A stretch of DNA of 64,000 nt from Saccharofermentans sp. (GCA_045639635.1 JAZUDM010000038.1:1747-65746); one strand, 5' to 3'. Positions 46,202 to 56,623 are shown, counted from the first letter of the stretch. The notes: generated from the letters alone by a model not told the origin. Numbers and translations: made by a program.

Positions 46202-46972
46202 TTAAAGTTCTTCTGCAAAATGTCTCTTGAGCTTTGAGAATACGAAAGTACCAATTACAAGGAACAATACTCCCAAAACAAATGCCTCAAGAAGTGTAGA
46301 CAAATCAGGAACCTGCTCACTATAAAGAATATCTCTATAAGCGATTACTACTGATGTCATTGGATTTAAATGGAAAAGCTGCAAGTACTTCTCTGGTACA
46401 AGGTCTACACCATAAACTACTGGTGTTAAGTAGAACCATGCCATGGAAATGATACCCAAGATGTACTCCAAATCTCTAAAGTAAACTGTAACAGCTGATG
46501 TAATCATAGCAATTCCCATAGTAAGAAGGAACTCTACAATCATGATTACAGGAAGGCATAAAAGCGCCAGAATTGGTGGTCTTCTGCCTGAAATGTAAAC
46601 AACTGCAATTACGACAACGAAAGACAAAAGCATGTTTACAAAGCCTGAAACTACATAAGAAATAGGGATTACTTCACGTGGGAAGTAAATCTTTTTAATA
46701 AGATCATTCTGCTGAATAATAGAAACAGCACCGCCTGTAATTCCTGCTGAGAAGAAAATCCAAGGAATAAGTGCTACGAAAAGGTAGAGGTAATAATCCT
46801 CAATACCCTGTCTCATAATTACTGAGAACACAAGTGTGTAAACAAGGAGCTGCAAAAGTGGGTTAATAAAAGTCCACATGAAACCAAGTACAGAACCCTT
46901 ATAACGTCCACGCAAATCCTTACGAACAAGACTTGCAATCATCTGTCTATATTCATAAATCTCTTTAAACAT
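46202..46972 (-). CDS. wzm: Polysaccharide ABC exporter permease Wzm
   Basis: KDLRGRYKGSVLGFMWTFINPLL, KKIYFPRE, YFRDLEYI, WFYLTPVVY, LNPMT. Confidence 0.95.
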   Translation of the reverse strand: MFKEIYEYRQMIASLVRKDLRGRYKGSVLGFMWTFINPLLQLLVYTLVFSVIMRQGIEDYYLYLFVALIPWIFFSAGITGGAVSIIQQNDLIKKIYFPREVIPISYVVSGFVNMLLSFVVVIAVVYISGRRPPILALLCLPVIMIVEFLLTMGIAMITSAVTVYFRDLEYILGIISMAWFYLTPVVYGVDLVPEKYLQLFHLNPMTSVVIAYRDILYSEQVPDLSTLLEAFVLGVLFLVIGTFVFSKLKRHFAEEL

Positions 46973-46984
46973 TCGAAAAACCTC

Positions 46985-47914
46985 TTAATTCAAACTTCTG
47001 TAGTAAGAAAGCACTTCGAGAAGTGTGTTATTAATATCATACTCTGGGCTAAAACCAGTATCTTTTGAAAGCTCAGAAATATCTGCACGTACATGAACGA
47101 GAGCATCGTCAGGAATGCGCTCAGGTAAAGTTACAGCTGCGCTTGCCTTAGGGCTGTCGTTAACGAGAATTTCAATCATATCTCTGATATATGTGCTCTT
47201 ACCAGAACCTACGTTATAAATCTTGCCGCTTACACCCTTTTCTGCGAGGAGTCTATAAGCTCTTACAACATCACGTGCATCAGAGAAATCTCTCCAGGAA
47301 TTAAGATTTCCGAAAGAGAATGTATCAATCAATCCACGCTCCAAATCAACGATTCTCTTAGAGTAGTCAGTGATAACAAAACCAGTCTTCTGACCTGCTC
47401 CAATATGGTTAAAGGAACGTGTGAAAATATATTCAAGATTAAATCTTTCAGCAATTAATCTTACGAGAACTTCCTGTGTATTCTTTGAAACATCGTAAGG
47501 AGATGTGCCGTTTACAGGGAAAGACTCATCGATAAGACCATCTTTAGAACTACTAACATCGTACTGATTTGCAGAACCGATGAAAAGAATTCTTGCCTTA
47601 GGACAGTGATTAGCAACTGCAAGTGCAATATTTACTGAAATATCAACATTTAAGTGCATTGTAAGATTAATCTTTTCCCAGGAAATGCTAGGAGCAGCCT
47701 GTCCTGCGAGATTAAAAACATAGTCAGGCTTAACGTTCTCGAAAAGCTTGTTACACTCATCAAAGTTAAGCATATCAACTACAAAAGTATTGGCCTTTGA
47801 TGGATCTTCACACACATCTGCGCCATAAACTTCGTAGCCATTATTCAAAAGCTCATTATATAAATAATTACCTGCAAAACCGTTACAGCCAATAATTAAA
47901 GCTCTTTTTGCCAT
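46985..47914 (-). CDS. rmd: GDP-4-keto-6-deoxy-D-mannose reductase (Rmd-like SDR)
   Basis: GCNGFAG, FNLAGQAAPSISW, SPYDVSK, RSFNHIGAGQ, GNLNSWRDFSDARDVVRAY. Directly downstream of gmd. Confidence 0.8.
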   Translation of the reverse strand: MAKRALIIGCNGFAGNYLYNELLNNGYEVYGADVCEDPSKANTFVVDMLNFDECNKLFENVKPDYVFNLAGQAAPSISWEKINLTMHLNVDISVNIALAVANHCPKARILFIGSANQYDVSSSKDGLIDESFPVNGTSPYDVSKNTQEVLVRLIAERFNLEYIFTRSFNHIGAGQKTGFVITDYSKRIVDLERGLIDTFSFGNLNSWRDFSDARDVVRAYRLLAEKGVSGKIYNVGSGKSTYIRDMIEILVNDSPKASAAVTLPERIPDDALVHVRADISELSKDTGFSPEYDINNTLLEVLSYYRSLN

Positions 47915-47925
47915 ACAAACACTCC

Positions 47926-47978
47926 AAAAAAAATAAAAGACGGCACACGGATAGGAAAAAGGCTATCCGTGTGGCCGT
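47926..47978 (-). terminator. Terminator-like hairpin between gmd and rmd
   Basis: Minus strand ACGGC-CACACGGATAG-CCTTTTTC-CTATCCGTGTG-CCGT then CTTTTATTTTTTT, immediately before the rmd SD. Confidence 0.65.
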
Positions 47979-48059
47979 AGTACTCATAAATTATAGATTA
48001 ACGTCAGTCTTAAAATCAGACTGCTTAGCAATAATCAACATAAATAATTCTGCCTTAAA

Positions 48060-49094
48060 TCAAAGCATTCCTGCTTCTTTCTTAGCGAGATTCAAGTCGT
48101 GCTCAGCCATGATACGGCAAAGCTCCTCGTAGCTTGTCTTAAGTGGGTTCCAGCCAAGCTTTGTTCTAGCCTTAGTAGGATCACCCCAAAGGTTAACTAC
48201 GTCAGTTGGACGATACCACTTCTCGTTTACGCAAACGAGCATCTTACCTGTAGCCTTATCGTAACCCTTCTCATCGATGCCCTCGCCTCTCCACTCAAGC
48301 TCGATACCATCGTTCTTGAATGCGAGCTCAGTGAACTCACGAACTGTGTGCTGAACACCAGTAGCGATTACATAATCATCTGGCTCGTCCTGCTGGAGAA
48401 TAAGCCACATGCACTCAACATAATCCTTTGCATAACCCCAGTCACGGAGTGAATCGAGGTTACCAAGCTCCAAGTGATCCTGGAGACCACAAGCGATACG
48501 GCCTGCAGCAAGTGTAATCTTACGTGTTACGAAGTTATCGCCACGACGCTCTGACTCGTGATTGAAGAGGATACCGTTACAAGCAAAGATACCATAAGCC
48601 TCACGGTACTCCTTGATCATCCAGAAACCATACTGCTTAGCAACAGCATATGGGCTATATGGGTGGAATGGTGTGTTCTCATTCTGTGGAACTTCCTCAA
48701 CCTTACCATAAAGCTCTGAAGTAGAAGCCTGATATACGCGGCAAGTCTTATCAAGACCAGCTGTATGTACAGCCTCGAGGATACGGAGAACACCGATAGC
48801 GTCTACATCGCCTGTGTACTCTGCAGCGTCGAAAGAAACCTGTACGTGTGACTGTGCAGCAAGGTTATAAATCTCATCTGGCTGAACCTTAAGAACGATT
48901 CTGATGATGCTTGATGAGTCTGAAAGATCACCCTCGTGGATGATAAGCTTATCAATAATATGATCAATACGTGCTGTTGTTGAAACAGACGCTCTACGAA
49001 CGATACCATGTACCTCGTAACCCTTCTCAAGAAGGAACTCTGCAAGGTAAGATCCGTCCTGTCCTGTAATACCTGTAATAAGTGCTTTCTTCAT
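48060..49094 (-). CDS. gmd: GDP-mannose 4,6-dehydratase
   Basis: [69 protein letters not shown]. Confidence 0.98.
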   Translation of the reverse strand: MKKALITGITGQDGSYLAEFLLEKGYEVHGIVRRASVSTTARIDHIIDKLIIHEGDLSDSSSIIRIVLKVQPDEIYNLAAQSHVQVSFDAAEYTGDVDAIGVLRILEAVHTAGLDKTCRVYQASTSELYGKVEEVPQNENTPFHPYSPYAVAKQYGFWMIKEYREAYGIFACNGILFNHESERRGDNFVTRKITLAAGRIACGLQDHLELGNLDSLRDWGYAKDYVECMWLILQQDEPDDYVIATGVQHTVREFTELAFKNDGIELEWRGEGIDEKGYDKATGKMLVCVNEKWYRPTDVVNLWGDPTKARTKLGWNPLKTSYEELCRIMAEHDLNLAKKEAGML

Positions 49095-49175
49095 AACTAA
49101 GCCCCCATATAAATTAATCTCTATAAAAGTAATCGTTATATACGTTAACCGAAATTATAACATACTTTACTAAAT

Positions 49176-50336
49176 TCACGTACTTTTTGCAAAGCGTACA
49201 GCTTCCTCGTAAACCTTAGCAGCATTAGCCCAGGAGTATCTTCCACTATTTAAAATGAGCTTTTCTTTCTTCTCTTCTGAAATACCCTCGTTAATAGTAG
49301 TAAGAATCTCATTCGCGAAAGCCTGATCGTCATACACATCAACAAGAGGCGCAAGTCCGTTTGAAATCTCTGGAAGACTTGAAGTATTTGCCAGAACACA
49401 AGGTGTTCCGCAGGCCATAGCCTCTGTTACAGGCATTCCGAATCCCTCGTACATACTTGGGAAAACGAATACTTCTGCGTTTCTATAAAGCATTCTCTTT
49501 TCTTCATTTGAAACATAGCCTGTCTTAATTATTCTGTCCTTAAATGGGCTGTTTTCAATTGCGCCAAGTGTTTCTTCTGAATGCCAGCCAATTCCACCTG
49601 TTAAAACAAGCTTAATATCAGAATTAGTTTCCGCAATTCTGTTAAAGGCCTTTATAAGAGTAATAACATTCTTACGTGGCTCCAATGTGCCTACATATAA
49701 GATGTATTTATTTAAATCCCACTTCTTTTTAAGTTCTTCCTTTTCCTTTGAAATCTCTATGGAATCAGAAGTAGGTTTATAAAAATCAGTGTCGATTCCA
49801 CATGGCGCTACAAAAATCTTTTCCTTAGGAATACCAAGTGTCTCAACTATTTCATTCTTGGAAAACTCTGAAATAGTAACGATAGATGATGCATTTTCTG
49901 CAGATTTTCTAAGGAATCTTTTGAGAAGATTACGGTTTCTGTCGTCCATAGTCTCAGGAAATCTCTCGCAGACCATGTCGTAAATAGTAATTACTGACTT
50001 GCCCTTAAAGCCCTGTGGTGCAAGATAATTAAAGAAAACTGTTACATCTGCCTTAGATGAAGTAAGTTTCTCGTATGGAAGAATTCTTCCAAGTTTTCCA
50101 AGGCGGATATATAAAGACAAAGGCATAAGCTTAACCATTGAAAGCTTTGATTCATCAAAAAAATCGCCTAAATGAGTCTTACAAAAGTCACCTGTTTTGT
50201 TGCGGCCAAGGAAATTAAATACGTGCAGTTCGTAGTCTTTTGTATTAGGAATAAGGCACTTTAAAACATCGGCAGCATAGTTACCGATTCCTGTCAGATT
50301 CTCTGAAGCCAGTGGCTGAACATTAAATCCAATCAT
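49176..50336 (-). CDS. Glycosyltransferase family 4 (mannosyl/rhamnosyl-transferase-like)
   Basis: TGIGNY, TIYDM, YVGTLEPRKN, YEGFGMPVTEAMACGTP. Confidence 0.93.
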   Translation of the reverse strand: MIGFNVQPLASENLTGIGNYAADVLKCLIPNTKDYELHVFNFLGRNKTGDFCKTHLGDFFDESKLSMVKLMPLSLYIRLGKLGRILPYEKLTSSKADVTVFFNYLAPQGFKGKSVITIYDMVCERFPETMDDRNRNLLKRFLRKSAENASSIVTISEFSKNEIVETLGIPKEKIFVAPCGIDTDFYKPTSDSIEISKEKEELKKKWDLNKYILYVGTLEPRKNVITLIKAFNRIAETNSDIKLVLTGGIGWHSEETLGAIENSPFKDRIIKTGYVSNEEKRMLYRNAEVFVFPSMYEGFGMPVTEAMACGTPCVLANTSSLPEISNGLAPLVDVYDDQAFANEILTTINEGISEEKKEKLILNSGRYSWANAAKVYEEAVRFAKST

Positions 50337-50929
50337 TTACGTCCCTTTCCCTTAGACTTAATTGCAGTCTTGCCTGCATATTTATCGCTACGCTTCATGC
50401 TCTCAAAAACAAGATATCCGTTATCGTGCTCGTAAATTTTTACGCCACCAAATACAGAAATCATCTTATTCTTATACCAGTCACGACGCTTTGTGACCAT
50501 AAGCATTCGCCCACCTATTTTAAGTCTGTTAAAGCCTTTCTCTATAAAGGTTTTGGCAACCTTAAAATCTGTATGATATGGCGGATTACTTAAAATTACT
50601 GTGTAGTCACCATCGGTAACAGCTGATAAAGCATCGCCACAAACGATGGTTGCATCAGGAAAACCAGCTCTCGCCATATTCTTTCGTGCATACTCTGTTG
50701 CCTTAAAGTCAACGTCAGTCATTGTAACATTAATGGGATTTACACCTGCAGAACATGCTGCAAGGCCAACAATACCGGCACCGCAGCCAAGATCCAAAAC
50801 CTTGTCCTCTGCCGTGAAATTTGCATGCTCGAGCATAGAAAGCGTCCCCTTGTCCGGCCCTTCCGGGCTGAACAAGGAGACGTCTGTATCAATCTCAATA
50901 ATCTTACCTGATAATTCTACCTGGTACAT
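50333..50929 (-). CDS. Class I SAM-dependent methyltransferase (MTS/RsmC-like)
   Basis: SLFSPEGPDKGT, VLDLGCGAG, ILSNPPYH. Confidence 0.88.
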   Translation of the reverse strand: MYQVELSGKIIEIDTDVSLFSPEGPDKGTLSMLEHANFTAEDKVLDLGCGAGIVGLAACSAGVNPINVTMTDVDFKATEYARKNMARAGFPDATIVCGDALSAVTDGDYTVILSNPPYHTDFKVAKTFIEKGFNRLKIGGRMLMVTKRRDWYKNKMISVFGGVKIYEHDNGYLVFESMKRSDKYAGKTAIKSKGKGRK

Positions 50930-50938
50930 TTAAGAAGC

Positions 50939-52714
50939 TTACTTAAGCTTAGCCTCAACGAAAGCTGACATCTGTGACTTAACTTCCTCAAGTCTAGCCT
51001 CAGAACCTTCTCTTGTAGAAGCATAAGAACCGAAGTAAATCTTAAGCTTTGGCTCAGTACCTGATGGTCTAGCACAAGCCCAGTCAAGACCCTTATCGCC
51101 ACCGAGCTCATAAAGGAGAACGTTTGACTTAGGGAGTGTAAGCTCTGTTGTTGTAACACCATCAGCTGTGAACTCATATCTTACTGACTTCTGGTAGTCG
51201 CAAACAGCCTTAACAACTGGACCACCGATGAGGTTTGCTGCATCAGCTGCGTTCTTAACAGCCTCAAGCTCTGATCTCATAACAGCCATTGAATCCTGAA
51301 TCTTCTGGATTCCAGCCTTACCCTCGAGAGTAAAGCTTACAGCCTGCTCGAAGCCATAACCGTGCTTCTTATAAATCTTCTCAATTCTGTCGAAGAGTGT
51401 CTCACCACGATCGAATGACTGTGCAGCCATACCACAAACGAGCATTGCAGCTACTACAGCATCCTTATCTCTTACGTTTGTACCTGAAAGGTAACCATAA
51501 GACTCCTCGAAACCAAACTGGAATGCCTTATCACCGAACTCATCGTCGATCTTGATTCTCTCACCGATGTACTTAAATCCTGTGAGTGTCTCCTGAAGCT
51601 CTACACCGTACTCCTTACAAACTGACTTACAAAGCTTTGTAGAAACGATTGTTGTACAAGCAAAAGCCTTGTCCTCAAGTGTTCCAGCCTGCTTCTTTGA
51701 ATCGAGGATGTAGTCCAAAAGCATAAGTCCAACCTGGTTACCAGTAAATGTCTTATACTCACCATCAGCTGTTCTTGCAGCAATACCAAGACGGTCTGAG
51801 TCTGGGTCTGTACCAAATACGAGTGAAGCATTAACCTTCTTAGCAAGCTCGATACCCATTGTAAGAGCTGCAGGATCTTCTGGGTTTGGTGTCTTTACTG
51901 TTGGGAAAGCACCATCAGGTACTTCCTGCTGTGGAACGATATAAACGTTATTAAATCCTACTGACTTAAGGATTCTTCTAACTGGCTTATTACCTGAACC
52001 GTGAAGTGGAGTATAAACGATAGACATATCCTTCTGTCTGTCGATAGCATCCTTATCGATAACGAGCTCTGTAAGCATTGCTGTGTAAGCGATGTCTACC
52101 TCTGGTCCAAATCTCTGGATAAGACCAGCAGCCAAAGCCTCGTCGAAATCCATTGTCTTGATGTTTCTAACATCAGCGTACTTATCCATGTTTGCAAGGA
52201 TTGCATCTGCAGCCTCGTTTGTAACCTGGCCACCATCCTCACCGTATACCTTGTAACCATTGTACTTAGGTGGGTTGTGTGAAGCTGTAACCATTACACC
52301 ACAGAAAGCATTAAAGTATCTTACTGAGTAAGAACACATTGGAACTGGGCGAAGCTCGTCTGAAAGATAAGCCTTAACGCCATAAGCTGCCATTGTTGTA
52401 GCAGCAATCTGAGCGAACTCAGGTGAGAAATGTCTTGAGTCGTAAGAGATTACAACACCTCTCTTCATTGCCTCTTCGCCATTCTCGATAATATAGTTAG
52501 CAAGACCTGCTGAAGCCTTAGCAACTGTATAAACGTTCATTCTGTTTGTACCAGCGCCGAGGATTCCTCTAAGTCCACCTGTACCGAACTCAAGATCCTT
52601 ATAGAATCTGTCTTCAATCTCCTTCTCGTCATTGATTGCGAGAAGTTCTGCCCTTGTTGTCTCATCGAAATATGGATCCTGACTCCAAATTTCAAATGTC
52701 TCCTTATAGCCCAT
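50939..52714 (-). CDS. pgm: Phosphoglucomutase/phosphomannomutase
   Basis: LEFGTGGLRG, TASHNPPKYNGYKVY, DPDSDR, GFEESYG, RPSGTEPKLKIY. Confidence 0.95.
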   Translation of the reverse strand: MGYKETFEIWSQDPYFDETTRAELLAINDEKEIEDRFYKDLEFGTGGLRGILGAGTNRMNVYTVAKASAGLANYIIENGEEAMKRGVVISYDSRHFSPEFAQIAATTMAAYGVKAYLSDELRPVPMCSYSVRYFNAFCGVMVTASHNPPKYNGYKVYGEDGGQVTNEAADAILANMDKYADVRNIKTMDFDEALAAGLIQRFGPEVDIAYTAMLTELVIDKDAIDRQKDMSIVYTPLHGSGNKPVRRILKSVGFNNVYIVPQQEVPDGAFPTVKTPNPEDPAALTMGIELAKKVNASLVFGTDPDSDRLGIAARTADGEYKTFTGNQVGLMLLDYILDSKKQAGTLEDKAFACTTIVSTKLCKSVCKEYGVELQETLTGFKYIGERIKIDDEFGDKAFQFGFEESYGYLSGTNVRDKDAVVAAMLVCGMAAQSFDRGETLFDRIEKIYKKHGYGFEQAVSFTLEGKAGIQKIQDSMAVMRSELEAVKNAADAANLIGGPVVKAVCDYQKSVRYEFTADGVTTTELTLPKSNVLLYELGGDKGLDWACARPSGTEPKLKIYFGSYASTREGSEARLEEVKSQMSAFVEAKLK

Positions 52715-52779
52715 AATCTACCTCCATAAAGATAATTAATAGATTTTGATTTGATAACCTAAAGTAACTATATCATAAA

Positions 52780-55575
52780 TCACATTGCTTTTGTCTTTTT
52801 AAAAGACTTTTTATCCATAAAGCAAAATGCAATAAGACCAATTACACCAATACATGAAACGATTCCACCTTCTTTAAGTCCTGGTGGAGTAAAAGTAAGT
52901 TCAATTTTATGTGAACCAGGCTTTGCCTCAATTCCAATTAATGCTTCCTGATATACAGTAATATCAGCAGGAACGCCGTCAATTGTAAGTCTCCATCCTT
53001 CTTCGTAAGGGATTGTAGTAAGAATCATTGTGTCATCCTTTACGCTGGCAGTCATTGTTACATGACCATTAGAAACTTCATTCACCTCAACCGTATAATC
53101 AATATCTGAGAACTCTGATGCAAATACATCGTGATTTAAGTAAGCAAAATTAATTGCCTGGTAAATAAATACATTTTTATCAGATTCAATTCTTACATTA
53201 ATAGTCTCACCTTCATCAAATGAACCAAGACGTGCAACTGATGAGAAGAATGTATCATCAAGCATATCGCTTACAACAACGTCATTTACATAAAGCCTGT
53301 AGCCGGAAGTGCAGGCAGGAGCTGAAATATTGATATAAAGCTCATCGCTGCTCTCAATTAATATGTCGTAACTAATGACGATTGGCTCTTCCTTATTACT
53401 TCTAATGATTTCATTCTGGTAAGGAACATTGCCATTTGGCTCCAATGCGATTGGATCCCTGTCAAAATCAGAAGGAACATAATTTGAAGTATCGTTATTT
53501 ATAGTACCGTTACTAATTGCAGGCTCTGATACATTATTGGAAGCGTAGTAAAAGTCCTCTGTAAATGCATCCGGGAACATTGAGCGATACCAGTTATTTC
53601 GGAACTCGAAATAGTTCTTATCAGCAGAATCAGCCTCAAGCGCATAGAAATCGAAATCAAGAGCACTCTTTGCAATAGTAAATGCGATTGGCAAAACTTC
53701 TTCGTTTCTATAAAAACTGATATTCTCACCAAATACATCTGTATCAACATAAGTAGCATTAGAATAATCTCTTCCTGCCATCACTGAACCGATTGAAAGG
53801 AATGCATCTGTATCTTCTGCAGCAAATGAATATGTAAGCCAGAAATAGTTATAGTTACATGTGTATCCTAACTGCTTTAAGAATCTGTGGTAAAGCTTAT
53901 TGGAATTGGAATTAAAAAGAGAAATTCCATTTAAACCAAGGTAGTAGGAGTCTTTATTCTGGCCTGTTGTATCTTCGCTTGCGATATACTCGTGCTCAGT
54001 ACGAAAAGCCTCAGGTGTAGATTCAACATTCTGGCTCATCTGGGAAATAGCCATGATTGTAGTTGTATATTCCTTATTTGTACCGTAATGAACAGACAAA
54101 GAAGCGATACCAGAACTCTTAATAGGCTCAAAGAATGCTGCTTCCACAACAAGAATCAAAGCAAGAAGGAACGGGATAAGCTTAGGCATATTTCTAAGCT
54201 GCTCGTGCCAGTTGTTGATTCTAAAGAGAAGAAGAATTCCAGTAACGCCAACAAGCATGGCAAGATTAAATGCGAAAACCTTATCGTGATTCTTCATTAA
54301 ACTTAAGAATCTTGCAATAAACAAAAGAACAAGCATTATTCCAGACGACTTAAGAATCTCAGAAATAAGGAGTTTCTTCTTATTCTCATAAACCTTTAAA
54401 GCCATAGTTAAGAAGAATGGGAAGAATACAAAGCTCTCTCTGTGATAAAACCAGTTAGGCTCATCGAAAGCCTGCCATGCAGTATCAAGGAAAGAAACGC
54501 AAAGACTTAAATAGAAAAGTGCAATAACACATCCATAAAAAATCTTGGTTCTCTTATCAAAAACCTTACTTACAAAGAAAATAATAACTGCGAGAGTTAC
54601 AAAAGTACTGATAAAGATAAATGGTGGATTACCATTCATAATGTCGCTGAACTCACCTGTTGTGCCTCCGAACATCTGATTGATAAATCCAATAATTGAA
54701 AACTGCACGATTCTTTTGTCTGAAGAAGAAATAATCGGATCACTGTTTCTTAAAGTATCCAAAGCAACAGGAAGAAGGAAAACTGCGATACTCATGGCAC
54801 AAAGAACTGCCATAAGTACAAAGCGTCCAATCTTTTTTAAAGATGCCTTTATATCCTTAAAACTTCCATTCATGTACATTCTTGAAAGAAGGTAGAAAAA
54901 GGAATAAACGCCAACCATATAAGCGATATAGTAGTTGCTTAAGAAAAGATAAAAGAGTGTGACAATAATTCCGGCCTTTTTGCCATTTCTAAGATATCTT
55001 TCAACGAAAAACAAAAGAAGTGGCAGTGTTGCAAAGCCATCGAGCCACATAATCTGGAACATATAGCAGAGCGCATAAGAAGAAAATGCGTACAAAACTC
55101 CAAATAATGCACCAGCATAAGAAGTCTTATCTTCCTGTCTTTCAGTAATAAATAAAGACATGTTCGCAGAAGCTGCAACAATCTTTATGCCCATAATTAA
55201 AAGGATAAACTTACTTACTTCATAAGTCTTAAAGAAAAGACCCAAAAGATTAAATGGGCTCATTAAGTAATAACCTAATGTCGCCATCATATTCTTACCT
55301 CCACCCAAGGAGAAAGAATAGAAAATATCTCTTAAGGAATGAGCATTTTTAATTAAATTCTTAAGTAAATAAAGAAATGGCGCGTACTGTGCTTCAAGAT
55401 CACTCACAAGAACAATCTCGCCACCAAATGGGTACACCTGACCCATAACACATAATCCGATAAAACATAAAAGAGCAACTAAAGCTCCAATAACTGGATT
55501 CTTTATGTAATTGCTGGCCCCATTTAACTTAATAGCCTTAGATGGCTTGTTGTCAGCTGAACTTACTACTTTCAT
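52780..55575 (-). CDS. yfhO: YfhO family GT-C membrane glycosyltransferase
   Basis: SDLEAQYAPF, YYLMSPFN, MWLDGFATLPL, WQAFDEPNWFYHRESF, TTIPYEEGWRLTIDG. GGAG SD favours ATG 55575. Confidence 0.88.
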   Translation of the reverse strand: MKVVSSADNKPSKAIKLNGASNYIKNPVIGALVALLCFIGLCVMGQVYPFGGEIVLVSDLEAQYAPFLYLLKNLIKNAHSLRDIFYSFSLGGGKNMMATLGYYLMSPFNLLGLFFKTYEVSKFILLIMGIKIVAASANMSLFITERQEDKTSYAGALFGVLYAFSSYALCYMFQIMWLDGFATLPLLLFFVERYLRNGKKAGIIVTLFYLFLSNYYIAYMVGVYSFFYLLSRMYMNGSFKDIKASLKKIGRFVLMAVLCAMSIAVFLLPVALDTLRNSDPIISSSDKRIVQFSIIGFINQMFGGTTGEFSDIMNGNPPFIFISTFVTLAVIIFFVSKVFDKRTKIFYGCVIALFYLSLCVSFLDTAWQAFDEPNWFYHRESFVFFPFFLTMALKVYENKKKLLISEILKSSGIMLVLLFIARFLSLMKNHDKVFAFNLAMLVGVTGILLLFRINNWHEQLRNMPKLIPFLLALILVVEAAFFEPIKSSGIASLSVHYGTNKEYTTTIMAISQMSQNVESTPEAFRTEHEYIASEDTTGQNKDSYYLGLNGISLFNSNSNKLYHRFLKQLGYTCNYNYFWLTYSFAAEDTDAFLSIGSVMAGRDYSNATYVDTDVFGENISFYRNEEVLPIAFTIAKSALDFDFYALEADSADKNYFEFRNNWYRSMFPDAFTEDFYYASNNVSEPAISNGTINNDTSNYVPSDFDRDPIALEPNGNVPYQNEIIRSNKEEPIVISYDILIESSDELYINISAPACTSGYRLYVNDVVVSDMLDDTFFSSVARLGSFDEGETINVRIESDKNVFIYQAINFAYLNHDVFASEFSDIDYTVEVNEVSNGHVTMTASVKDDTMILTTIPYEEGWRLTIDGVPADITVYQEALIGIEAKPGSHKIELTFTPPGLKEGGIVSCIGVIGLIAFCFMDKKSFKKTKAM

Positions 55576-55663
55576 AAAAGACTCCAATTCTATATGTTGC
55601 AAAATCTGCTTTTAGATTATAATACAATTCAGTTATAATTTCATTTTTGAAATGGAGAGCACT

Positions 55664-56602
55664 ATGTTAGTAAGTCTTATTGTTCCTTGCTATAACGAGG
55701 AAGCTTCATTGCCTTTTCTTTATGAAGCACTTTGTAATGTAAGAGAAGAAGTTAAAGATAAATCTTTTGAATTCATTTTCGTAAATGATGGAAGTAAGGA
55801 CAAAACTTCAGAGATTGTCCGTGATTTTGCTTCTAAGGACAAGGACGTTAAGTACGTATTCTTTTCACGTAATTTTGGTAAGGAATCTGCTATGTTCGCA
55901 GGTCTTGAGAAGGCAAAGGGCGATTACGTAGCAATTCTTGATGCAGATATGCAGGATCCACCTTCACTCATCCCTTCAATGATTGAGTCTCTCGACAAGG
56001 ATGAGGCAGATATCGTTGCTGCAAGACGTGTTACACGTGAGGGTGAGCCTAAGATTCGTAGTTTCTTTGCACGCTGTTTCTATAAGCTTATCAACAAGAT
56101 GAGTGAAGTTGAGATTGCCGATGGCGCTCGTGACTTCCGCCTTATGAAGCGTCCTGTTGTTGATGCTATCCTTACACTTTCTGAGAGACAGCGTTTCTCA
56201 AAGGGAATTTTTGCCTGGGTTGGTTTCAGAACAAAGTGGGTTGAGCACTTGAATGTAGAGCGTGTCGCTGGTGAGACTAAGTGGAGCTTCTGGAAGTTGT
56301 TCCTCTATGCTATTGACGGTATCGTTTCATTTACGGTAGCACCTCTTAGATTTGCTACTATTTCTGGATTTGCGATTTCTTTCGGAGCTTTCGCTTATAT
56401 GCTTTTCCATATTATCAGAGCTCTTGTAATGCAGATTTACACAACAAATCCTGGATATCCTTCACTTCTCTGCTTCATCCTCTTTATCGGTGGACTTATT
56501 CTTATGTCACTCGGACTTCTCGGTGAGTATATCGGAAGAATCTTCATTGAAGTTAAGAAGAGACCTGTTTATATCAAGGGCGAAGAAGATAAGAACGACT
56601 AA
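55664..56602 (+). CDS. GtrB/CsbB-like GT2 (polyprenyl-phosphate glycosyltransferase)
   Basis: SLIVPCYNEE, FVNDGSKD, SRNFGKESAM, DADMQDPP, DFRLM, two C-terminal TMs, GEYIGRIFIEVKKRPVY. GGAG SD before ATG 55664. Confidence 0.93.
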   Translation: MLVSLIVPCYNEEASLPFLYEALCNVREEVKDKSFEFIFVNDGSKDKTSEIVRDFASKDKDVKYVFFSRNFGKESAMFAGLEKAKGDYVAILDADMQDPPSLIPSMIESLDKDEADIVAARRVTREGEPKIRSFFARCFYKLINKMSEVEIADGARDFRLMKRPVVDAILTLSERQRFSKGIFAWVGFRTKWVEHLNVERVAGETKWSFWKLFLYAIDGIVSFTVAPLRFATISGFAISFGAFAYMLFHIIRALVMQIYTTNPGYPSLLCFILFIGGLILMSLGLLGEYIGRIFIEVKKRPVYIKGEEDKND

Positions 56603-56623
56603 TATTATTTTCAGACAAAGCAC

